From Parasitella parasitica NRRL 2501 (Eukaryota; Fungi; Mucoromycota), in contig MU619244.1 in assembly GCA_025201805.1 (NCBI GenBank), positions 166,095 through 230,094 of the forward strand: DNA of 64,000 nt, given 5' to 3'. Of the stretch, positions 36,248 to 48,400 are shown one piece after another; the stretch's first letter is position 1; each line of letters starts with the position of its first letter. Below the pieces are notes generated by a model that saw only the letters and a program-made list of their open reading frames with translations, was not told the DNA's origin and searched no databases. Both the position numbers and the translations under genes were made by a program.

Positions 36248-39200
36248 ATGGCCAAGAACCAAGGCACAGAGATTGAGTCGCTGAGGAAAGAGCTCAGCAG
36301 CAAAGAAAAAGATGCCGACAAGGAGAAGAGTGTCATGAAGGGTCTTGTCAAGAGAATAAAGGGCCTTGAGAAGGAGCGAGACACGCTAGCAAAACAACTC
36401 CAAGACGCAAAGTCAACATCCACCGACCAGCCTCAACAAAAGACAGTTGCCACGCTCAAAAATCAAGTTGAAGAACTGCTACTAGAGAAGGAGGAATCCA
36501 AGAAAAGCTTACTATTGTTTATGAATACCGCGGAAGAAGCAGAGCAGAACCTCAAACAGCAGATAGAAGAATCTGAAAAGCAGAGAGCAGAGTATGAAAG
36601 CATGAGCAAGATTCAGCAAGAGCTGCAGGACAGATTTGATAAAGTCATGGCTGAAAAAGCAGAATTAGAGACCAAGTTCAGCTCAATTGATAAGCAGCAG
36701 CCTGGCGAGTTAGAGACTTTACAGAGAAAGCTGGACCAAGAGGTTGCAGAAAAGCAGGCTCTTCAAAACCAACTAAAGGAGCTTTCTGAAAAGCTAGAGT
36801 CTCTCACATCTGAATCGGAGACTTATAAAAAGCAGGCAATGGATACAGCAAAGGGACAGTACGATGCCTTACAGGAAAAGTTGGACACTGTGATTTCTCA
36901 AAAAGACCAGCTTGAGGCAGAACACAAATTAAGGGATAAAAAGCAACAAGAGTTGATCCAGGCACATGAGGCCAAGTTGAAGCAAATGGAGTCAGATTCA
37001 GAGTCTAAGGAGGGTCAAGCTCAAAAGTTGTACAAAGTGGAAAAGGAGAAGCTCGAAGCCAGTTTGAGCGAAAAGGTTGATATTCAGGCCAAGTTGGATG
37101 AAGCTGAAAAGAAACTGGATGAATTGGCCAACCAGAAATCGAACAGTGCCAACAAAAGCAATGATGATATGAACAGCAAACTAAAGGAAAAGATCCGACA
37201 GAATGTAGATCTGGAAAGAAAGCTGCGAGATCTCGAATCGTCGCACGATGCAGCATTAAAACAACTGGAAAAAGACAATAACGATCTGTTAAAGGAAAAG
37301 TCTGATTTAATGTCTCAATTGGAATCTGCTTCTAATGATACCAAGTGGAAGGACCTCGAAAAACAATTGCAAGATGCTCGTCAAAGCGAGAAGCAAGTTG
37401 CTGATGAGTCCAAATTATCTTTGGATAAGCTTGAGATGGAGAAATCTGACTTGACAAAGCAATTAAAACATGCCGAGCAAGAGAAAGAGCAATCAGCCAA
37501 ACATTTAAAAGAGATTCAGCTCAAATTGCAAAAAGAAAAGGAGGATGCTTTGAACCAGCTCAAAACCAGCGGTGACGAAGAAAAGAACAGTGAGATCAAG
37601 AACCTCCAAGAAGCTAAATCGGTATTAGAGAAAGAAAAGGCTGATATCGCCGCACAGATAACCAAGTTGCAGAAAGAAGCTCAATCCACCTCGGAAGTGA
37701 ATTTATCGCTGGAGAAGGAAAATCAACGCTTATCAAAACAACTTTCTGAAACCGAAGCCAATTTGCAAGATGCCTTTGACAAAATGAAGGAGAGCGAAGA
37801 CATTGCTAAGCGACTGAATGAAGCTGAATCAAAGCTGAAGAATACTACCAAGAAATTGAGCGACACTGACGAAGCTCTCAAGGTTGCCAAGCAACTGTTA
37901 AATGAGCGCGATCAGGAACTTGCCACAGCTCGAGATTCGCTTGAGAGTTTGAAAGAGGCTGAAGAAAAGTCAAAGAAATACGTTACAGTGCTGAGCAAGA
38001 CCAAGAAAGAGATTGTCAAGCTGGAAAAGGAAAAAGCAGATGTCATTGCTGAAACAGAGTCTGCAAAGGAACAACTACACAGAGCGCAGCAGGAAGTCGA
38101 ATCGTTCAAATCTCAGCTATCTAAAGCACAGCAAGAGGTCGAATTAGCAAGTAAATCTGAAAGCAATCTCAAAACCGAGCTATCACGACTTAATGCCAAA
38201 CTTCAATCGAATGAATCCGAGATTAGCATTCTGCAAAAGGAGCGCAAAGAAGCAATTGAGGAAAAAGATAGAATGTTTGATGAACTTCAGATGAAGCAAG
38301 CAGAATTCGAAAGCTCACAAAGCAACGCTGAGAATTTGCAACATCGTCTAAGAGAAAGCGAGCGTCTAGTAGAAGAGGCGAATGAGAAGGCTGCTGCATT
38401 AGAGGAATCACAGCTAATTATCGAAGAAACCAAGCGTAGTGCTATTGAGCATCAAAAGCAATGGGATGAGCAGAAGAAGAGATTGGAAGGAGACTTGAGA
38501 CAAAGAGCCGACGAAATAGCAGAGCTTAAATCACTTGTCAAAACTACTCAAGAATCTATGGAGAGCCGGGAAAAGCAGACCAAAGCATTACAAGAAAACC
38601 TGGACAAGCTTCAACTGGAATTTAATCAAAAAACGGAGAGTGTCAGACTTCTTGAGAGCGAAAAGCAAGATTTATTAAAGAGAATGGATGAATCTGAAAA
38701 AGGGCTAGCTACACAAGTTGAAGAGTTGAAAGCAAGGGATGAATTAGAGGTATCGTATTATCCCAAGTAGTAGCTGCATTGAGTTCTTATACTAAGGCGC
38801 AATATATTACATAGGCTCAACTGCAAGCAGCCAACGAAAAGATCCAAACAATTGAACAAAGCCAAAAAAAAGAACTGGAAGACCTACGTGCTAAAGAAAA
38901 CTACCTAAAGACGTTAAACAAAGTGAGTGTATACTATATAGTTAGTGTGTTTTTTTTGCTTCTGTTACTAAGTGCCCTCACCACAGACATTGAAAGAGGA
39001 GGTCAGAAAACTTTCCAGATCTCAAAACCAACAGCAGCAGCAGCAACAACCATTATCGTCCCAAAAATCACCGCAGCCAAAGCATCCACAGCTAGATTCT
39101 CGGCCCAAATCACCCGTTTCTTCAGATTCACCCAAGACGACTATTCACTCACCAACAAGAGAAAATATGCGTTCTTCAAAGGCGTCCTTATCTTCGGCCA

Positions 39201-39367
39201 GTGTCAACTCTGTCAAGGACGAAGAGGAAATCAATCTGGAATATCTTCGCAATGTCATTATCAAGTTTTTGGAATCCAAATCAACAAGAGCGCAGCTTAT
39301 TCCTGTATTGTCTATGATGCTAAAATTCACGCCTGACGAAATTAAAAGACTTAATCTTGTCGCTTAG
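36248..39367 (+). CDS. GRIP-domain coiled-coil golgin (Imh1/golgin-97/245-like)
   Basis: About 870 aa of heptad-rich E/K/Q/L sequence, then C-terminal EEINLEYLRNVIIKFLE..RAQLIPVLSMMLKFTPDEIKRL. Introns ~38749-38814 and 38923-38987. The start could be 36173. Confidence 0.88.
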
Positions 39368-39801
39368 ATATTAGGCGTTTCTATTAGAATATTTTTTTCC
39401 CCCCTAATACTACATTTATTTTATATATCACGCTGAATTCACATAAAAATACATTGTTATCCTTCTCTGCAGCGTAAATAGTTACATGGTAAGCATATTT
39501 CAAGCGCGATGTCAATGCTAGCAGGGAAGCACGATGGTTAGTTTATCCTAATAGATGAGGGCATATGTTTGATTTCCTCTTGAAATGTTGAGATTTCAGG
39601 AAGGTTCCAACTTTTGTGCACACGCAGTATAAACGTAGAAGAACCGATACCCAACCTGGAAACATCAAGATTTACTCTGTGTAAACGAAAAATTGAAATT
39701 GTCGGAAGCAAAAATCAATAATTTACATGTAAATGTATATACGTTTTGATGCAAGGCCAAAGAAAGACAGTTTTAAGCCTGATTACAAAGATATGATCAA
39801 G

Positions 39802-41089
39802 GCTATCTGAGCACAACTTGATTTCCCACTGGGCGATGGGGATATCAAAAGTTATCAGTAAAAACAGTTTTATTTTTTCATCATTTATAAAAATTGCACG
39901 TAATCACTGATTGAACACTATAAAAAGCAGAATAAAGCCTCTTTGATGCTTCATGAAAACAGGCAAGATCATCGCTATCCGAGCATAACTTGGTTTCCTT
40001 TGGGCGATGCGTCTATCAAAAGCTAACTGAAAAAAAAAAACAGTTTCAATCACGTGCTTTATGAACCTTTATTTGAATTTAACGTTAAATGGTTTCAGCG
40101 TATTTTCAGGTACATGGAAAAATATTTATTATCGTAGACATTCTCTCATATAAAGTAACAGTTGAGATTTGCATACTATGAACGACGAGTTTACGATTCA
40201 ACGTTTGATGTTTTAGTATCATACAACATGACATCTTTGAATGATAGCCATTGACTTCTCTTCAAAATATGCTGATGCTTTGGCAGTGTGAATGCCACAA
40301 GAGTAGTTCGATGTAGTCCATTTATTTTGATAAAATTCTGAAAGAGATATCTATCGATGTATGATTTCCAATATATAATATGACAATATTTGATTGATTT
40401 AGCACTAAAAAGCCCATCAATAATATGCTACAGGGCTTGTGGCCAGATCAAGGGGTTAAGGCCAATGGGCGTGAGTAAATAATGATTTTACACCGCATGC
40501 TCTACATAGTAAACCCTATTACAGTCGTACATTATGACGTTAGTTCGTAATGTTTGGCCATAAATACATCCAGAAGGTTTATTTTCTAATAAAAGTGTAC
40601 CCATTTGGCAAATTCGTTTTACTGACTGATTTTGCTATAACAATACTGTCGTTATATGGAAATCTACTGCAAATTTCATTGTTAGCTTTATCACTAGGAA
40701 GGTTGTTTTAATGCTGCTTTTGCTAAATCTATCGCTGTCAAGCTTGTTTCGTTGCTGTCGTTAAATTCAACACTGTATAGCCTGCTCAAACATCATAGTT
40801 ATATTCATTGCTAAATACCAGCTATTCTAAATTTTAACATTCAGTATATTGCTTAACCGATAGTGTATCAGTATCACTGAAGCTTGAATTAGCGCTAGAG
40901 TGGTAAATGAACCATGAACGACTAGGTCGACTGTTAAATTCGATAAAAACGCTACTAGATTTTGATAAAGAGCAAAGCAAGGCTTAATTTAGGTATGGAT
41001 AACACAAGTGCAATCAGAGCTATCTGATAAGTTCTTGTTGGTTTCAACTGGGCGACGTCCGTATCAAAAGTTTTACGCAAAAACAGTTT
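39802..41089 (+). repeat. Three dispersed degenerate ~70-bp motif copies (39802-39870, 39974-40046, 41019-41089)
   Basis: Shared GCTATCYGA..TTGRTTTC..TGGGCGAYG..TATCAAAAG..AAAAACAGTTT. Confidence 0.8.
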
Positions 41090-41454
41090 TATCTGCGTGA
41101 TAATTATACATTACTCATCATATTATAGCCAAACGAATTAGACAAGGGTTCAAAATTTGGTATGCGAGGATACATATATGTACATGAATTGCTCCCAAAT
41201 GTTTGTATATCTCTTATTCCTATGTATGCAAGTTAATATGAATATTCACTCTTTTTCAATGTGTGCCATTATTTTCGGAAAGTGTGCCATACGATTTGAA
41301 AAGGAGTGCCTGTAACTGATCAAATTATGAAACTATGTAACGAGTCGGGGCACTGCATACTACCACATGTGCAGCTTATCGGATACCTGTCCATTTTAAA
41401 GTTGTGTGGTATCAACCAAAATTACTCTTTCTTTCAACTTTTTGTTTGTTCAAA

Positions 41455-42009
41455 ATGAAAGCCTTAACAATTTTGATCATTTTTTATGCTATACATGCTG
41501 CATTTTGCGTGTTTATCCCAGACGAACTTGAAAAGAAGGTACGAACGGAGTTGACTGATCGCAGTGTGGTGAACTACAATGGTCAAGAAGGCGCCAACCA
41601 ATTGATCATTAGTGAAAATGGCGTTAGAAAGATACCTGCTAATGGCTCTGATGACGGCGCTAGAGATCCGCTTCCTGACAAGGAACCTCGAAGCGATGCT
41701 GAGATCATTGGAATCGCATTATTAGGTGCACTCATAGGTGGAACTGGCGGGTTTTTCGCTGCTCCTTTTATGATTTGGATCGGCTTGGTTTTATTAGGCT
41801 TTACAGTGCTGGGTGTGGCACTCGGTTCATTCGGAGCATGGCTCATGTCCTTGTATGGCGGAAGTATTGCAGCTGGCAGTCTTGTCTCAACTTTACAATC
41901 AATGGGAGCTCTTGGCTTATTGAATCTATTCAGTGGCGCCCTCCCACCTTTAGGTGCTGCTTTTGGCATTGCTATAGCTGAATTCGTCGTTTTCAAATAC
42001 ATAATTTAA
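41455..42009 (+). CDS. IFI6/IFI27 (ISG12 / Ifi-6-16)-family membrane protein with N-terminal signal peptide
   Basis: LGFTVLGVALGSFGAWLMSLYGGSIAAGSLVSTLQSMGALG matches the GF...GI.AGS.AA..MS..GG.V.AGS.VA.LQS.GA motif; signal-like MKALTILIIFYAIHAAFC; single exon. Confidence 0.85.
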   Translation: MKALTILIIFYAIHAAFCVFIPDELEKKVRTELTDRSVVNYNGQEGANQLIISENGVRKIPANGSDDGARDPLPDKEPRSDAEIIGIALLGALIGGTGGFFAAPFMIWIGLVLLGFTVLGVALGSFGAWLMSLYGGSIAAGSLVSTLQSMGALGLLNLFSGALPPLGAAFGIAIAEFVVFKYII

Positions 42010-42476
42010 AAAAAACTAGGTATCGTTACAATAAAAATCCAGAACGTAATATAGCGTTGACTTGATCATGAAGACATGAAATGTACGTAATGCAGCTGTT
42101 TGGCGTTCAGCAATCATCAAGTTGTATATATACATTGGACTAATGTATAGAGCTTCACAATGCTACAACTGTTGGTATACTTGTATTACCAATGACTCGC
42201 AGAATCAATTGCAGATTATACACATGTTTTGTTGCCATGATGTCTGCTCGTACTAGCTTTTGTATACTTTCGTTCTCAAGGACTGACGCATCTGCAGAGT
42301 CTAGCTCCATGTTATTTAGCATGAAACACATGTAATGCAACCATCACCATAGCAACGGCACCAATAGCTGATGTGTGAAATGTTGAAGAGATCTTGTGAC
42401 GTGTTGGGACACAGCTTTTAAGGCATTCATGTTGTTCTTTTTGAAGAAAAACCATTTTCTTTTGGACTTTAGTCAT

Positions 42477-45400
42477 ATGGAGCACCTTGATGAAATCAGC
42501 AAAAAGTCTAAAGTAGAGTTGCCAGCACAAGAACGAGAAAAGCAGATGGCTGCTGTGCCAGACTCCATTCCATTATTGCAGTCCTATTCTGAGAAAGCGA
42601 ATGTAGCGCCTGTCACTGTGAGCTCTGTGACAACTGCCGCAGAAATAGCACCTCCATCTACATCCTGTGCCAAATTGAAAAGCGTCCCTATTCCACAGCC
42701 TCTCATTCTGAAAAGACGCACCAGCAAATCCTCTATATCCTCGACTGACGATCACTTTGCCACTCCCGTACAGACGCACTTTTTTGCCAGCGAAAACAAC
42801 TATCCTGCTTCGCCGACCGGCTCCATTTCAGGTGGAGATTTATCATATCGAAGGTCGTTTACAACAGACGTTGAGTACAGCAGTAGTCCAGGAAGTGAAC
42901 TCAATGATATATCCCAAAGTTCTATTATTTACCAGCATCAACCGCAAGCAGCACGCTCTCCTCCGCCAGCAGCATCCACATCGTCGTCTTCATTTTCACC
43001 GAGATACTCGAGCCCTCCCACTGGCAGTGGAGGAAAGTACATGGTCAGATCAAAACGAGCCAGCTGGATTGACGGCTCTTCATCCATGGCTCCTCATGAT
43101 TCTACGCCGTCTACGCCCACAACGCAGCCGTCGACCGAAATTGCACGAGCTACAACAAAATCTATCTTGATCCCACCTCTCGGGCTGCCAAAACCTATGC
43201 AGAACCAAACACCAGGAATGGGACAAACGTCTTTGGACGACAGTTCTTTGAAATCAGGGTCTTTGTCCAAGCTTCGAGAAGACAGACAACAGCAGTATCA
43301 AGCGCCCAAGCGAGAAAACTCGCTAGACAGCGGCACACCGTTATCGGCCTCTTCTTCTACAACAGACAACTCGGCTCATTCATTCCTGCTAAACAAAAGC
43401 CAGAAGCATTCTGAGGACGGTGCTGTTACTGGTGATATGGAAGATTTGATCTGCGATACTGGCAGTAAAAAGAGGACATCGTTGCACGAGAGAAAAGCGT
43501 CCATCTCGTCCATTATCACAGACTCAAGCCTGGCGAGCGAGGAAGTCTACTCTCCCCTAATGTCTCCTCGTAAGTGTCTTTTTTTTTTTTTTTTAAAAAA
43601 AAAATGTTTGCATTTACAAAGATATTGACATGATTGCAGATCGTCATAAAGCAGGCGCTGTAAGCAGTAGTAGTAGTGGTGGTGGTGGTAGTGGTGGTGG
43701 TGGTGGCATTAGCAATGGAGGCAAATCAGCTTCAGCGTCTCCTCAGGTTAGCCATGGACTCGCATCTAGTAACCCAACTCCTCATACGTCCCACATTGGC
43801 TCTCATAAAACGAAGCGAAGATCTTCAATGAGCATGCTTCGAAATATACCCAGCTCAGAGCTTGCAGATATCATCAATGGAAATTCACCTAACCCTATAC
43901 TGGAGACGCCGCCTGCCGACTTGCTGAGCAGCATTCAACATCCACTTGGCATGCTAGACCGCACAGCCCCCGACGCATCTGCAAGCGCACCAGCAAGCAG
44001 CGAAGGGTCTAACCTATCAGCCATGTCCCCGTCTGTTGATGGCGTACCCATCTACCAACATTCATTGCATTCGCTGTTGAGAAAGCAGCTTTCTCACAAG
44101 AGAAAACCTATGCGCGATCGTCGTTCTTTGCAGAGCATTGACGGAAGACCACAGGAGGCGGACAGAGACGTCGTGGAAATGAATTTGGATGCGGGGCCCG
44201 TCCAGTCGACGGGAATGCCGAAAATGTTTGATCATGGCCATGCATCAACGCATGTCGAAGATAGCCTAAAAAGCCCTGTATACCCTGCCATGTTGCTCAA
44301 CGAGTCTCAGTCAAGAGCTGACAAGGACAAGCAGAAAGTAACAGCACCAAAATTCTCACCAAATTCCATGAGTCGAGCATCTGCGCCTGACATGGTCCAC
44401 TATAAATATGACGATCAGTTCAAGGATTACTTTAGCAACGAGCCAGTTAAAAGCATAGCTGCATGTAAGTAGAGCTGCAAATTTCCGTGGGATCCACAAA
44501 CTCAAACACAATAATACTTTATAGCTGCTGCCATTGGTGGCAAAACCGATTTATCGCAGCAGCGACAACGGCAACCCATGCTGACATCCTCGTCATTTGG
44601 TGGGGCTGATTACTCGACCTACGGATCAGATGAGGACTATGCAAAGAAGCTGTTCATGTCTCGATCCGCCAAAGTCAAAAGATGGTGCAGTGTGCGAGCT
44701 GAAGGAATCGAAGGTAAGCTTCCTGCTAAAGAAAAGCGCCATCGCAGATCCTGTAGTGCTGCAAGCTCAAGCAGCGCGCCTGTTCGTGAAAGGCGTTATT
44801 CGACAACAAACTTGGCTCGGGTTCCTCACGATGACAGCAACATGCCAACCATCCTTGTTACCACAGTGGACGAGTCCCTGGACCATAACAACGATGCGGA
44901 GAACAGTGACATGGTCAACAACATCCCTTGGGTTGACTGGCTGGAAGAGTATAAAGTTATCAAAGCTAGAGAGATCAGAAGAAGATCCTCGACGCAGTAT
45001 GAAAATATGTCAGATGTGGAAAGTGCAGAACCCCAGGGCTCACTCAAAGATACCAGGATGTCACCACAGCCATCGCCTTCCAGTTCCGCGGCGACTGCAG
45101 CTTCTCAAAAATCTGTTGTCAACCGTGTGCTTTCAAACTGGTGGCATAATGTCAAAGTTGGAGCAGAACATTACTCGAAAACAAGACGTCAGCCCAAGAG
45201 AAAGAGCTCTGACGCTGCCAAAGCAAAGCAGCAAACGATACCCCAAGCTCAAAGACAAGCACCATCCTCTAGCAACTCCATGTCTCCTCCTCCTACTGCA
45301 CTGCCCTGTCGGCACAAAGAACATGCTCAAGAGACCTCCACAAGTCCTCAAAAGAGAGACTCTCTTCACTTGTCGTTGGATTTGCAGGACCTGCAACATC

Positions 45401-48400
45401 CTTTAGAGGGCAAGATGAAGCCCTTTGTTGCCGATGGCCCTTCGCCTTCCCCATCAGGCAGCAACAACACCAATCGTCGCTGGTCGTCAGCTCTCATGGA
45501 AACCGACAGTGTGTCGCCTGGGTCCTTCCACAACGACAGCAGCACACCATCTTCTGTACCCAGTAGCCCTTCTGCATTAGCACCAAAGATGAGCATTCCG
45601 CGAAACCCCATCACTCAAAAGAGTCTTGCCAAACGAGTCGGATATCGCTTCAACAACCCAGGCAATCGAATGGGCACATTTGGTCAATTGAGTCATGTAT
45701 TCGGCCACGCACCAGATGGAAACGACAGCAATTCCAGCACGCGTATTCAACACTCTATCAAATCTCGCCTGCAGTTTGCAAAGGAGGCTTGTGATTTAGA
45801 GCTTCGTCAAATCATTGACGGTTTAAATGAGTATGTGGAGCGTGGGCTGCAATATGTCGAAGACATGGACATGCTTTTGGAGGAAGGCGTGCATTCTGTA
45901 GACAGTTTGGATATGGAGGAAGACGATGATGATGGCGATGATGATGGCGATGGCGATGTCGATGTCGATGGCAATGACAATGACAATGACAATGACAATG
46001 ACAATGACAATGACAATAATGAGAGACATCATCCCCATATTGAGCACAACAACCAGTTGGTAGCCACAGCGGCTATTTCAGCTGACGGTACTCATCCTGA
46101 TACCTACACCGGTACTCCCCATCAGTTATCTAGCGTGGTGGAGATGGATGAAACGCCAACACCACCATCGAACCTATCTCACAGCACAAACAGGCTCCCT
46201 CACAAACGAAGTTTATCATCAGCCATGGAAGACCATCACCATGCGGAAGACGCACCCACATCCAAGCAGTTTGCCATCTCTCCTTTGTCTTCTGCCTCGC
46301 ACTCATCCATGCCGGTTGCGGCCGCTGTCGTATTACCGTCAAGCGCAAGCCAGAAGCCCAGTAGTGCATCTGGCAGTGGCATAGGCAATCCGAAATCGAT
46401 GGTTGCATTTATCTCTGAAGACTCTTATTTGCCTACACCGTTCATCCTGACGCTGCAAGACCTGATATCAGTCGCACAAAATGTCATGGACACTTCTTTG
46501 GACGAGATCATCGAGACAAATGGCGCGTGTGCGGAAGCTGTTGCAAAGATCCAAGCCATCGGTGCCAAATGGGACATTCACCAAGAGTGGCCATGTCGTG
46601 AATGGTATGTCCGTCTCTTGCTGGGCATTGCTGCTCTGAACCGTGTAGTGGAGTGGTGGGCTGCCGAAAGAGGGTTTTGGTCAAATGCATCGGGTAACGC
46701 CACCGCAGTCTCTTCTGTGCCCCCCAGCGATACTGAAGGCGACGACATGGATTCCGTCAGCAACCTCTCCAAGATGGACGAAACGGACGATGAGGATGGA
46801 CGCATGTCTCTGGATGAGGTTAGTAGTCAGCCATCACGAAGGACAGCGACTACCACGTTTATTGACGATATGAGCCAAGATCCACACATGTACGGCGAGA
46901 ATGATCCAATGGCAGACGAGCAGGTAGACAGCTTGCAACTGCAAGAAGAAGCGGAACGCAGCCAAAACTCTACCTTTATAATAGAACTCGGTTTGATTAC
47001 AACTGTTGTACAATATGTCAGTCCTGTATGGTTTCAGGTTGTGGGGTAAGTGTTCTTGGTTGCTTTGGTTTCAGCATACTGATATAATACGGGTGTGTGT
47101 GTGTGTAGGTCTGATCCTCAGTCTGTTATCGGCCATAGCATCACTGAGCTGCTCTCCAATGAAGATAGCCAGGTATTTTTCGCTGCTACTCAAGAGCTGC
47201 TTGCAGACGATTCGCATACTGTGGAGGTTCGATTCAATGTCGTTGGAAATGGCGGCTCGCACATCGAAATGGAGGGCAAAGGCATGCTCATGTACAATCG
47301 AGTTACTGGAGAGCCTAGCCATACAATGTGGGTGATGAAGCCTGTGATCAACCGCCGTTGGTCCATCATTGACATGTCGCTGACACCAAGGAACGACAAG
47401 AAACCAGCCTGGATGGGCGATAGTACTACAGAGGGGCATCCCGACTACATGAAGGATGTCACTTACGATGCCAAAGACCAGCCAAATGAGCCCGTCACCG
47501 TCGAAGAACATCGAGCCATGATGCGAAGTAGGTCAAAGTCTGAACCTGCCATCCATACACCACCATTTCTGCCCTCTGTGGCTGTGACGCAATCCGAACA
47601 GCAAGAAGAACCCGCAGCAGAAGGAATAGCTGTATCGCTTTCGAGTCTGATGGCTCTTCCGCCTGTATTATGCAGAGTGTGTGAACGGTGGGTGGTTGCT
47701 GCATTTTTTGAGCAGCACTCGGAGCTGTGTGTTGAAATCCATCAAAGCGAAATGGATGTCAATGGCTGCAATGACAGTCTGCTGGAACTGAAGCACATCA
47801 TCCATGAGAGAATAGAAGCCACAAGGCAAGAAATCGGCGATTTGGAGACAGGTATCAAAGAAGACAAGGCTCATCCAGAAGAAATTGATAAAGACGACAA
47901 CAGCAGCGACAATGATTCGATTTTTGGAGACTGCTTGCCGTTAGATGCCGCCATTGAACCATTAGAAATGAAGCAAGCGGAACTCGGCCAGTACAAAGAC
48001 CTGTTGGAAATCATTGAGGTTGCGCTGAGTATCTCGATGCCTGGAAGCATCCAAGACGGTATTGAGAATGGAGACGAGGACGAGTCTGAAAACGAAGGCG
48101 AGCAGTCGCCCAGATCAAAAGACAAAATGGTGCAAATCTTGTACTGGAGACCACCTACCTCTGACGATCCCGTCATGAACACACTGATCAAAGATGTCGA
48201 AGATCTGACACGAGGCAAAGTAGATGCTGTTAACCGCATGCGGGACAGGCTGCTTTACAACAGCCGTGCAAGAGCAGAGTTCCAAAAGAACACAAACCAA
48301 ACCCCGAACTGGACCGAATTCATCTCTGAATCTGTCGATGAAAAGAACGCTGTTAGCCCAATCCAAGAAGCTGCAGAGGAGGAGGAAGAGCAGCCGGCGT

